37,074 nt of DNA from Acidiferrobacterales bacterium (lineage in GTDB: Bacteria > Pseudomonadota > Gammaproteobacteria > Arenicellales > Poriferihabitantaceae): positions 1 to 37,074 of the forward strand of contig JAHQWE010000135.1 of the NCBI GenBank assembly GCA_019633985.1, in the 5' to 3' direction. The position numbers were made by a program, and so were the translations under genes. Shown here piece after piece: positions 1 through 8,752 of this stretch; the first letter of the stretch is position 1; each line of letters starts with the position of its first letter. The notes under the pieces were generated by a model. The model saw only the letters and a list, made by a program, of their open reading frames with translations, did no database searches and was not told the origin of the DNA.

Positions 1-433
1 AAGTATATGTGTACAAAAACTATTGAAGCTAAAACAGAGAGAACTATCCCGTACCTGCGTTTCACCTTCATCCTATAAAATATAACAGCTAGTTATATGA
101 CTGGGCGTCACATTAATTGAAAATGTTTTCGGACTCTCTGTCATACTAATTCATTCTAGTTTGTGTTTTTTTTTACGATTTTCCTTCTGTCGGTCTTATT
201 TTACCGACATTTCCTTTCCATAAACACTATTAACGCGACACTACTTCATATAAGTTTTGAGCTAATCATTGTTTTCACTCTCACACCCCTTTTTAATCTA
301 ATAAAAATAATGTTGGTGTCGTAGCGAAATCTCGCTGCTCAGCGCAATTACCGCATTTGCTTTCAACATTGCGTCGTTTCAACAGTTTTGTCTTGTAAAA
401 AATCAGAAACTCTCGAAAGCAGGATTTTTTCTA

Positions 434-748
434 TCATCCTTCTCTTTTCAACTTAGCTCTCTTTAAAGATCGCTCAAACTCCAATTCATCCTCCCAATTT
501 TCCAGCTGTTGACTTAGTGCTGATTTGGATCCTTGCCTGAGAGCCGACATTGATTTTTCATGCACTCCGCCTTTTTTGAGAAGTGGGGATGTGGCGACCG
601 GGTTTCGTCTTCTTATTGGTTCTAATGTTACCTTCACTTGTTTCATGGCTCGTGCTGTGTTGCTGAATTCTGGGCTAATGGGATAAGTAAAAATGACATT
701 CAACGACAATGGTGTTTCTCCGATTGAAAGTAAGAAAGCGCTTATCAA
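434..748 (-). CDS. hypothetical small basic protein downstream of rtcB (104 codons from a TTG; more likely about 70 aa from the ATG at 646)
   Basis: Open frame 107 nt downstream of the rtcB stop on the same strand. The product is K/R-rich with no recognisable domain. No clear Shine-Dalgarno at either candidate start. Weak resemblance to the ArfA KKGKG region (see finding). Confidence 0.3.
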   Translation of the reverse strand: MISAFLLSIGETPLSLNVIFTYPISPEFSNTARAMKQVKVTLEPIRRRNPVATSPLLKKGGVHEKSMSALRQGSKSALSQQLENWEDELEFERSLKRAKLKREG

Positions 749-855
749 TTCTCAGGTAAAAGCCCTGTTGATACTTCTCTTAAATATAATTTGTACGTAT
801 ATGCTTTTACAAAAACGGATAAAGCGATCCTTCGCTCTACCCGCGATTGCACGAT

Positions 856-2055
856 CTAACCCTTGATGCAAATGACCTGCCTCAGGGTGTGGACAATGTC
901 CACTAGATCGGTCTGGTTTTCCATTACGACATCGATATCCTTGTATGCCGCCGGAATTTCATCGATTACCGCTTTATCTTTACGGCACTCAACACCATCC
1001 GTTTGCGCTTCCAGATCTTCCTTTGTGTAGCTTTTTCTAGCTTGGGTTCTACTCATCACCCTTCCTGCGCCGTGGGCACATGAGTGAAATGAATCAGCGT
1101 TACCCTTACCGCTTACAATGTAAGACCTAGCGCCCATGCTACCGGGGATAATACCCAGCTCGCCTTCGCCCGCGCGAATGGCGCCCTTTCGAGTGACGTA
1201 CACCTCTTCTCCAAAGTGCAGTTCCTGTGTCACATAGTTGTGGTGGCAGTTGATCGCTTCCTTAGTCACCGTAAACGGCGGCAGTTTGCGATGCAGCACC
1301 GCCAGGATCAGACGCATCATTTCTCGCCTGTTAGTCATCGCGTAGTCTTGCGCCCAGCCAACCGCGTCAACGTAGTCGTCAAAACCTTCGGTGCCTTCTT
1401 TGAAGTAAGCAAGGTCGCGGTCTGGAAGTCGAATATCCTGACGTTCCATTTCGCGCCTCGCCCTTTCAATAAAGTACCTGCCGATAATGTTGCCAATACC
1501 GCGGCTTCCCGAGTGCAGCATCACCCACACATCGTCCTTCTCGTCGAGACAAATTTCGATAAAGTGATTTCCGCCTCCCAGCGTCGCCAGCTGGCGAATC
1601 CAGGTTTCATAGGTTTTCTTCCTGGCGATCTTGATACCCGGATGCTTCTCCTGAATACGCTTCAGCCCTGGGACTAACGCGCGCACTGTTGAATCAGCAA
1701 CGGGATCTTTACGCCTGTGAAGATTGAAACCGACCGGAACATCACGCTCGATCGCACTTCGCAGGCCGCGCAGGTTATCGGGTAGTGCTGACGCTGTCAG
1801 ACTCAGCCTGATTGCGTTCATACCACAACCAATATCTACACCTACCGCTGCGGGCACCACAGCGCCTTTCAAAGGTATGACCGAACCTACCGTTGCGCCG
1901 ATCCCCATGTGTACATCGGGCATTGCGGCAATGTGCGAGTGCACAAAAGGCAGAAAGGACATTTTGAAAAGCTGCTCTTTCGCACGCTCGTCGATATCGT
2001 TGGTAAAAATCTTAACCGGGAATCTCCCAGTATCTATTGTTTGCCTGATTGGCAT
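856..2055 (-). CDS. rtcB: RNA-splicing ligase RtcB (3'-phosphate/5'-OH RNA ligase)
   Basis: Near-collinear with E. coli RtcB, with matching motifs throughout. Examples: MPDVHMGIGATVGSVIPLKGAVVPAAVGVDIGCGMNA, GGNHFIEICLDE, HSGSRGIGN, INCHHNYV, GSMGARSYIV, CAHGAGR. Length about 399 aa. Confidence 0.93.
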   Translation of the reverse strand: MPIRQTIDTGRFPVKIFTNDIDERAKEQLFKMSFLPFVHSHIAAMPDVHMGIGATVGSVIPLKGAVVPAAVGVDIGCGMNAIRLSLTASALPDNLRGLRSAIERDVPVGFNLHRRKDPVADSTVRALVPGLKRIQEKHPGIKIARKKTYETWIRQLATLGGGNHFIEICLDEKDDVWVMLHSGSRGIGNIIGRYFIERARREMERQDIRLPDRDLAYFKEGTEGFDDYVDAVGWAQDYAMTNRREMMRLILAVLHRKLPPFTVTKEAINCHHNYVTQELHFGEEVYVTRKGAIRAGEGELGIIPGSMGARSYIVSGKGNADSFHSCAHGAGRVMSRTQARKSYTKEDLEAQTDGVECRKDKAVIDEIPAAYKDIDVVMENQTDLVDIVHTLRQVICIKG

Positions 2056-2112
2056 TTTCTCTTCTCCCGTCGGGGCAGCCCCATTGCCACCCCGATCTAT
2101 TCATTTCATTGG

Positions 2113-3288
2113 TTACAACTGCAACTTCACAGTGTCTTGAAGCAAACCGTCGAGACCACCGTAAACGGTGAGTCGTTCCACTTTCTCAGTGACCTTTTCC
2201 AGGGCCTCAAGCTCTTTCAGTCGCATTAGCGTCGGATGTTCATCCATCAATTTTGCGGTATTGAGTAGCGAACGTGTTGCCGCCGTTTCTTCGCGTCTGC
2301 GAATCACGTTGGCCTGCGCCGCTTTTTCCGTTGCCACAACCTGGTTCAAAATATCTTTCATCTCCCCAGGCAAAATGATGTCTTTCACACCCACCGTGTC
2401 TACCTGCATACCGTAGTCAGCGAGATGCGAACCCAGTGCACCGAACACATCCGTGTTCAAGGAAGATTTATCTGCCAGCAAGGCATCCAGTGTTCGCGTA
2501 CCGACTGCTTCACGCAAAACAAACTGCAGCTTACGATATAGATAGTCCTGGAAGTCACTCAGCGACAGCCTGGCTTTCACCGCATCTACGACACGATAGG
2601 TCGCAGAAAGGTTGATTCGCAAGCTAACACGGTCGCGGGTCAAGATCTCTTGACCACTCACGTCCAGGCTTTGCAAACGCATTTCTACATGCTCAACTTT
2701 GACTGATCGGTTACACAACCAGAATACATGTACGCCTGACCCAAGTGTGTCCACCAGCTCTCCGTCAATCCAGAGCAAGCCCACAGTTTGCGACTTGATT
2801 TCAGCCGGGTAGATCAGTGAAGCCATAGCACCTTCGATATTGCGTCTGGTGACGATCGCAGCAACTTCAGGCGACACGCGATAGTCTTCCCGCGTATCCA
2901 TAACTTCGATCTCCAGCTCCGGATAGTGCTTCCAAAACACGTATCGGGATGCAGACGGCAATACCCGCACCAGGTTTCCACGTTCGCGAACAAGACCAAC
3001 CTCATACTCAGCAAGATCAACAACGCGAAATACGGTTTCTACCAATTCCGGCTTTTCACTGAGCAATGAATCCAGCAATGTGTTACTGAATTCTGCCTGC
3101 CGTGTATCAACCCGAGTGACTGTCACTCGCGGATCAACCACCCAGTAAACACCTGGCGTTAAAATTCGCTGAATGCTTCGGTCTTTGATATATAGACCAC
3201 GCTCGTACTGCGCGATGACCATTCTCTTTAACATTTTCCTTCTCCGTTTTTCTTCATTTAATTTCGCAACAGTCTTATCCGGCCCCAT
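2113..3288 (-). CDS. slipin family protein (SPFH/Band 7 domain, C-terminal coiled coil)
   Basis: C-terminal half matches the SPFH/Band-7 core: DVSGQEILTRDRVSLRINLSATYRVVD...DTVGVKDIILPGEMKDILNQVVATEKAAQANVIRRREETAA. N-terminus is basic with no obvious TM segment. Lies immediately upstream of rtcB (57 nt gap) on the same strand. Confidence 0.8.
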   Translation of the reverse strand: MGPDKTVAKLNEEKRRRKMLKRMVIAQYERGLYIKDRSIQRILTPGVYWVVDPRVTVTRVDTRQAEFSNTLLDSLLSEKPELVETVFRVVDLAEYEVGLVRERGNLVRVLPSASRYVFWKHYPELEIEVMDTREDYRVSPEVAAIVTRRNIEGAMASLIYPAEIKSQTVGLLWIDGELVDTLGSGVHVFWLCNRSVKVEHVEMRLQSLDVSGQEILTRDRVSLRINLSATYRVVDAVKARLSLSDFQDYLYRKLQFVLREAVGTRTLDALLADKSSLNTDVFGALGSHLADYGMQVDTVGVKDIILPGEMKDILNQVVATEKAAQANVIRRREETAATRSLLNTAKLMDEHPTLMRLKELEALEKVTEKVERLTVYGGLDGLLQDTVKLQL

Positions 3289-3645
3289 TGGGCGTTGCTT
3301 ACCGGTTTAAACGATTCGCCATTTATTCATCATCATTCTTCTCCAGAGATTCTCTAACTAAATCGATACAGAAAACCTGCCACACAGATTCCACGGGCAT
3401 CGAAGCAGAGGATTTCTCCGATCGATGATGCGCCTGCATCGCTTCCCAGCTTTATTCACTATCCTGGTTAGCAGGTTTATCATCGATGTAAAAATCTTGC
3501 ATCGACGCACAGGTGCTACCTGTGCTGTCACTTCACTTTCATTGCAATCATGCATATGCCTGTTGCAAGTTCAACGAACCGACTGGCAGGCTTCCTGCCG
3601 ATATTTTAAAACCGTGCTTTCAGCACATTGGTCAACTAACACGTT

Positions 3646-3719
3646 GAGAGTGTGCAGGAGTCGAACCTGCGACCGACAGATTATGCGTCTGCTGCTCTAC
3701 CCGTCTGAGCTAACACTAC
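3646..3719 (-). tRNA. tRNA-like sequence with a Met/Ile2-type CAU anticodon, apparently degenerate (possible pseudo-tRNA)
   Basis: Minus-strand read GTAGTGT-TA-GCTC-AGACGGGTA-GAGC-A-GCAGA-CGCATAA-TCTGT-CGGTC-GCAGG-TTCGACT-CCTGC-ACACTCT-C. D-arm and T-arm (GGTTCGAnTCC) are canonical and overall layout resembles ileX/metT. Position 33 is G rather than U, the acceptor stem has a U2:C71 mismatch and G1:U72, and no CCA is encoded. Confidence 0.45.
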
Positions 3720-3923
3720 GGTGTTCGATCTATTGCATTGCACGTGGTACACCCTACTTCAGTGAAGCGGATGCCAGACCGGATTCAACGAACCGGCTAT
3801 CGCTACATACAAGCAACCCAATCAAACGCTTTCATCAGATTTGGGAGAGTGCATCCCTGCGCCCCTGGCCGTCATGGCACCCACATCTGATTGTTCAGTT
3901 TAGGCTGTTTTTATAGGCCTAAA

Positions 3924-3962
3924 CGCAAAAAACCCCGGTTGGCCAGCCAACCGGGGTTTGTA
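3924..3962. terminator. bidirectional rho-independent terminator-like hairpin
   Basis: A-run, then a 13-bp stem AACCCCGGTTGGC/GCCAACCGGGGTT with a 2-nt loop, followed by TTTG. Confidence 0.55.
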
Positions 3963-4316
3963 ATCCCTTCTTCGGTAGACTGGCTTTGCAGTCTTCCGAA
4001 TAAATTCTTCCGACTACGTAATCAAATCAGCATCTATTGCTCTCAACGACACAACGGGGCCGTGAGAAAAATTATGTGCCCGCGCATTTCCCTTGCCGCT
4101 GAATTGGCAATGTTGTGCGTTCACGAGATTTTGAAATTGAGTTTTCATAGCGGGCGCGATTATAGGGATTCCAAATAAAGTGTCAACAGTTTGTTGGGTT
4201 TTAATTGTTTTGTTTTCTTAAAATTGTTGCAAAACGAATGAAATGCAAAATATAAACAAGAAAAAGTCCACGTAGAGATGTGCGCTAACGACTCATGAAC
4301 ACAAGGACATCGACCA

Positions 4317-4353
4317 ATAAAAAAGCCCTGCTCAGAGAACTGGCAGGGCTTTC
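4317..4353 (-). terminator. intrinsic terminator of the OmpA-family gene
   Basis: 8-bp stem AGCCCTGC/GCAGGGCT immediately 3' of the CDS stop. On the minus strand it is followed by a T-run (AAAAAAA on plus at 4317-4324). Confidence 0.55.
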
Positions 4354-4377
4354 ATGTAACAAACAGATATACGATAT

Positions 4378-4959
4378 CTATTTCGGTATTGAAATGATCT
4401 CTACTCTGCGATTTTGTGCGCGTCCCTCTTCGGTGTCATTCGATGCAATCGGATGTAGCTCACCAAAAGATTCCGTGCTCAACCTACTTTGCTGCACACC
4501 ATTTCGAGTCAAAAAATTCAACACTGAAACCGCTCTGCGATAACCCAGTGACTTGTTGTAATCTTCACTCCCCACAGAATCAGTATGACCTACAATTTCA
4601 TAGTTGGCAGTTGAATTGGAAGAAATAATTGCCGCGGCTTCAGTCAGTCTTTGCGTCGCCTCTGGTCTCAATGTACTTTTGTTGGTGTCGAAGTTGACCC
4701 CCTGCAGTGTAAAGACAATTTCACAACCTTGCGCATCCACCTTCACACCAAGAGGAGTGCCAGGGCAGCGGTCCACTGAATCAAGGACACCATCTCCATC
4801 GGTATCTAAATCTACCGCCGCAGGTGCGGGTGCTGGAGCCGGTGTCGCTTCCTCTGCGAGTTCAACAGGACGACTCTTGGCGGAGATACAACCACTAAGT
4901 GCAATAGCCACTGAGGAGATAATCAGCGCTCGAGTGAAAACAGGATTCATGAGATTCAT
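4378..4959 (-). CDS. OmpA family lipoprotein with a thrombospondin type 3-like Ca-binding repeat
   Basis: Signal peptide plus lipobox (LSGC), a PAPAPAPA linker, and a DTDGDGVLDSVDRCP (TSP3) repeat. C-terminal OmpA_C peptidoglycan-binding domain: NFDTNKSTL...GHTDSVGSEDYNKSLGYRRA...RRVEI. Confidence 0.85.
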   Translation of the reverse strand: MNLMNPVFTRALIISSVAIALSGCISAKSRPVELAEEATPAPAPAPAAVDLDTDGDGVLDSVDRCPGTPLGVKVDAQGCEIVFTLQGVNFDTNKSTLRPEATQRLTEAAAIISSNSTANYEIVGHTDSVGSEDYNKSLGYRRAVSVLNFLTRNGVQQSRLSTESFGELHPIASNDTEEGRAQNRRVEIISIPK

Positions 4960-5242
4960 AGTCGGGAGTAGGGAAAGTGGGATGAATTGGAATCAAACGT
5001 TGCGACACAATCGCATTTTGCGTGGACGTTTAAATGAATACGAAATACTGAAATGTAATGCGGCAAGATTAACCTCTACTGAACACACTGAATTGCGCTA
5101 ATAACAGTCGCTTTTTGGAGACTCTTTCCGCCACAGCGACAGCATACTCTAAATATTGGTTTTATCAGCTCCTGTGCACATCTCTTAGGTATACTGAAAT
5201 GCGATTAATCATCAAAATGACGCCAGTCTTCGCCACTCTCCA

Positions 5243-6817
5243 ATGAGCAAACCAGCCACTCGCCGCGGACGACGCAGCAAAAATCAGAAAGCCACAGAGC
5301 AGAACAACACCAGAATTCCTCAGCTCGATCGCGCCAAACTCAATCCTCTGGCAAACCATCTTTCGCCTGTGGAACCACTGGACACCGAACAGCTGGAGAT
5401 ACTGCACAACGCCTCGATGGATATTCTGGAGCAGCAGGGGATAGAAGTCCTGGGTGATATTGCGCTGAATACATTTCGCAAAGCGGGAGCTGAAGTCAGT
5501 GACGAGGGCATCGTGAGAATGGACCGTAACCTCGTCATGGAGGCCATTTCCACGGCGCCCGCCACTTTTACACTGACCCCGAGAAATCCGGAAAACGCAC
5601 TGGAATGCGGGGGTAAACACATTAATTTTGGTTTGGTTTCAGGCCCGCCCAATGTTCACGACTGCATTCATGGTAGACGTGCGGGAAATCTAGAGGACTA
5701 TAAAAAAATCATCAGTTTGGGGCAGTATTTCAATGCAGTAGATTTTATCGGCACTCAAGGAGTAGCTGTACAGGATCTGCCTGCGAACACCCGACATCTA
5801 GATACCACCCTTTTGAATCTCACACTATGTGATAAGCCTTACTTTGCAATTGGGATTGGCGCTGGTCGTATCCACGACTCTATCCAGATGGCAGCAATTG
5901 CCAAACAGATACCAATGGATGAAATGGTGAATCACCCCAGTTTGATGACCAACATCAATGTCAACTCACCACGCAAGCTCGATGACTCTATGGCTTATGG
6001 CGCTATGCAAATGGCGATGCTCGGCCAACCTGTTTCAGTAACACCCTTCACGCTGATGGGTGCAATGACACCGGCGACCATGGCAGGGGCGCTAGCCCAG
6101 CAAAATGCGGAAGCTCTACTCGGCATCAGTCTCCTCCAGTTTACCCGTCCAGGGGCGCCTGTGGTCTACGGGGGGTTTACCTCGAATGTAGACATGCGAT
6201 CCGGCGCCCCGGCTTTTGGTACGCCTGAAAACTCCATTGCCAATATGGCGGGCGGGCAATTCGCAAGAAAATACAACCTCCCCTATCGGACCAGCGGCTG
6301 CAATGCGTCAAATGCTGTAGACGGTCAGGCTGTCTGGGAGACTCAGATGGCGCTATGGGGTGCAGTAATGGGCCACGGCAATTTTATCTATCACGCTGCA
6401 GGTTGGCTTGAGGGCGGTCTGGTCGCTTCACTTGAAAAGATTGTGATGGATTGTGAAATGATCCAGCACATGGCATCCATGTTACAGCCCATTCGAGTCA
6501 ACTCCGAAGAAATCGGGCTTAGCGCGATGCAGGAAGTCGGCCCAGGTGGGCACTTCTTCGGTTGCGACCACACTATGCAGCGCTATAAATCTGCATTTTA
6601 TGAACCATTTTTGAGCGACTGGCAGAACAACGAAAACTGGCAAATGTCGGGAAGTAAGTCGGCCACCACACGGGCTACCGAAATCTGGCAACAGGCGCTG
6701 AAGGAATTTGAGCCGCCTGCCATCGATCCCGCGATCGCCGAAGAGCTAGAAGCATTTGTGAAAAAACGAAAAGAGGTTCTTGGAAGCAACGAACCGCAAT
6801 TGGAAGTGTTTTCTTAA
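5243..6817 (+). CDS. trimethylamine methyltransferase (MttB) family protein, non-pyrrolysine type
   Basis: Length of about 520 aa and Arg-rich N-terminus (ATRRGRRSK) typical of the non-Pyl MttB/MtgB family. TIM-barrel family blocks are present. No in-frame UAG. Confidence 0.8.
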   Translation: MSKPATRRGRRSKNQKATEQNNTRIPQLDRAKLNPLANHLSPVEPLDTEQLEILHNASMDILEQQGIEVLGDIALNTFRKAGAEVSDEGIVRMDRNLVMEAISTAPATFTLTPRNPENALECGGKHINFGLVSGPPNVHDCIHGRRAGNLEDYKKIISLGQYFNAVDFIGTQGVAVQDLPANTRHLDTTLLNLTLCDKPYFAIGIGAGRIHDSIQMAAIAKQIPMDEMVNHPSLMTNINVNSPRKLDDSMAYGAMQMAMLGQPVSVTPFTLMGAMTPATMAGALAQQNAEALLGISLLQFTRPGAPVVYGGFTSNVDMRSGAPAFGTPENSIANMAGGQFARKYNLPYRTSGCNASNAVDGQAVWETQMALWGAVMGHGNFIYHAAGWLEGGLVASLEKIVMDCEMIQHMASMLQPIRVNSEEIGLSAMQEVGPGGHFFGCDHTMQRYKSAFYEPFLSDWQNNENWQMSGSKSATTRATEIWQQALKEFEPPAIDPAIAEELEAFVKKRKEVLGSNEPQLEVFS

Positions 6818-6846
6818 ATAACATACACACTGGGAGTAGAGAGTAC

Positions 6847-7824
6847 TTAGTACCCCAATGCAACATCAACTTCATGCTGCAGCGGCTCCCCACTCAGTAC
6901 CGCCAAATAATTTTGGGCAACGACTTCCATACCGCCATCTAAATGCCAGCCAGACACATGCGGTGTCATGGTAACGTTGCTGTGTTGCCAAAAAGGGTGA
7001 TGCTGATCGAGCGGTTCCTGTTCGAAAACATCCAAAACAGCGCCGCGAATGACACCGGCATCCAGGGCATTGAGTAAATCTTTTGTATTCACCAAATCTC
7101 CTCTGCCGACGTTGATCAGTACGGCGGTGGAGCGCATCTGCGAGAGCGTGCTTTGATTGATCAAGTGTCGAGTTGCTGGTGTTGAGGGAAGAATGGAAAC
7201 CACATAATCCGCCGCCGACAGCACAGAACCGAGAGCAGCATCACCCGCTTCGCACTCGATATTCTCCATCTGCTTCCTACTTCTACTCCATCCCACTACT
7301 CGAAAACCCAGCATGGAGAAGTAGTGTGCCACCCTGGAGCCGATATGCCCTAATCCCAATACCGCAACGGTTGTCTCTGCGGTTTTAATTGGTGCGAGGG
7401 GTTTCCAAATTTCTTCACTCTGTTGAGCGGCATAAATTCGATGGTGTCGCTGCTCTCCAAGCACATACGCAAGACAGTATTCCGCTATCTCGTGGGCGGG
7501 AATATCTGGCTTCAGTCGGCAAACCCGAATCGAATCAGTGAGATCTGGATCGCCCACGATGGAATCCACACCAGCTCCCAACTTTTGCACCACTTTCAAA
7601 TTGGGAAGCGCTTGCAGAATTCCCGGGCGAAGCCGGGCTGCCGCCAACATGAGTATTTCGTTCGCATGATTTTCAGGTTCACGACAGTAAATCGGAACTC
7701 CCGGCAACAATGGTTGCAAAGTATTTCTCAGCTGCTCCTCACTGATCCAATCATCCATTTGGATGTCTATTAATATGGCCATAATTGCTCGTACGAGTTC
7801 ATTCGATTCGTTCTTTTGCATCAA
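6847..7824 (-). CDS. D-isomer specific 2-hydroxyacid dehydrogenase family protein (GhrA-like NAD(P)H reductase)
   Basis: Rossmann motif VAVLGLGHIGSRVA and catalytic-domain blocks RGAVLDVFEQEP...TPHVSG. Start may lie at a downstream Met. Confidence 0.85.
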   Translation of the reverse strand: MMQKNESNELVRAIMAILIDIQMDDWISEEQLRNTLQPLLPGVPIYCREPENHANEILMLAAARLRPGILQALPNLKVVQKLGAGVDSIVGDPDLTDSIRVCRLKPDIPAHEIAEYCLAYVLGEQRHHRIYAAQQSEEIWKPLAPIKTAETTVAVLGLGHIGSRVAHYFSMLGFRVVGWSRSRKQMENIECEAGDAALGSVLSAADYVVSILPSTPATRHLINQSTLSQMRSTAVLINVGRGDLVNTKDLLNALDAGVIRGAVLDVFEQEPLDQHHPFWQHSNVTMTPHVSGWHLDGGMEVVAQNYLAVLSGEPLQHEVDVALGY

Positions 7825-7914
7825 CCTATCGTTTGCACAACAGGCCTACAGTCAATTTTACATCACCTGATTATGCTGTCCGATTTTTACAATCAATGAT
7901 CTGATCACGGCGGT

Positions 7915-8739
7915 ATGGTGTCTTTATCGCCATTCAAATGTAAGAAATCGACCATGCCAAAACACAAGAACGTCAAATACTACTTTGATGCTGAACTCGC
8001 CTCTCTGCTGAGCATCAAAATTTCGCGGGTATACGCGCAGTTTGACGCCGGATCATTTGAAGAAAGCACCACGGGGTGCGTTGGCCACCTGGAATACAAA
8101 GCCCGAGTCGCTGTTTTTGCTAGAGAGCTCAGAGCACATTTACCTGGCAGCTATCGCGATGCGCTAAAGGTGTTACTGGAAATACTCGGCCCCGAGAACA
8201 CCAAAGAAACGGGGATGTTTACAGAGGGATATTGGATCGCTCCTATTGCCTTTTTTGTCGAGACGTATGGCCTTAACGACTATGCAAGCTCCATGAAGGC
8301 AATTTCTGAAATCACAAAGAGACACACTAGCGAGTACGCTGTTAGACCGTACTTGCAGAGGCATCCAGATAGAACACTAGCGCAGATGATCCGATGGTCG
8401 AAAAGTAAAAACTTTCATCTTCGACGTCTCGCTTCGGAAGGTGTCAGGCCGCGTTTGCCATGGGCGAACATGCTTCCTCAATATGTAGAAGACCCTACTC
8501 CGATCCTTCCAATTTTAGAAAATCTAAAGGCGGACCAGGTGAAATACGTACAAAAATCGGTGGCTAACTGCATCAATGACATTCTCAAAGATCACCCCAA
8601 AACGGGCTTGAGCTTGGTCGGGAGATGGGCATCGAACTCTCCCACTGCAGAAACCCGGCGGATCCTACGACACAGTTTGAGAAGGTTAAAAAAAGCAGAA
8701 GATAAAAATGCCTTGCGGATTCTAAGAAAGATTGGTTAG
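7915..8739 (+). CDS. HEAT-repeat protein, possibly DNA alkylation repair (AlkC/AlkD-like) family
   Basis: All-helical repeat protein with RRLASEGVRPRLPW-type motif, recalled as resembling the DNA_alkylation family. Uncertain. Confidence 0.4.
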   Translation: MVSLSPFKCKKSTMPKHKNVKYYFDAELASLLSIKISRVYAQFDAGSFEESTTGCVGHLEYKARVAVFARELRAHLPGSYRDALKVLLEILGPENTKETGMFTEGYWIAPIAFFVETYGLNDYASSMKAISEITKRHTSEYAVRPYLQRHPDRTLAQMIRWSKSKNFHLRRLASEGVRPRLPWANMLPQYVEDPTPILPILENLKADQVKYVQKSVANCINDILKDHPKTGLSLVGRWASNSPTAETRRILRHSLRRLKKAEDKNALRILRKIG

Positions 8740-8752
8740 CCCGGTTTCTTGT

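Noticed and set aside
434-748. Confident call of the small ORF as ribosome rescue factor ArfA
   Set aside because: Similarity is limited to a short basic KKG-containing stretch with an insertion. There is no Shine-Dalgarno. Kept only as a hypothesis in the findings.
1216-2229. Three plus-strand ORFs (153, 138, 106 aa) overlapping rtcB
   Set aside because: Fully antisense to a strongly supported RtcB CDS. Low-complexity Arg/Ser-rich translations typical of the antisense frame of a GC-richer gene.
3289-3645. Sigma-54 (TGGCAC-N5-TTGC) promoter and an RtcR-type enhancer context upstream of the slipin-rtcB operon
   Set aside because: Looked for the reverse-complement pattern on the plus strand and found only a partial TGCCAC. 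No rtcR gene is in the window, so regulation is unresolved.
3425-4178. Plus-strand ORFs 3425-3916 and 3891-4178
   Set aside because: The first overlaps the tRNA-like element and the bidirectional terminator. Both translate to Cys/Arg-rich junk with no motifs. Treated as non-coding intergenic.
5243-6817. Pyrrolysine-type MttB with an in-frame amber codon
   Set aside because: The reading frame is continuous with no internal UAG, consistent with the non-Pyl MttB superfamily.
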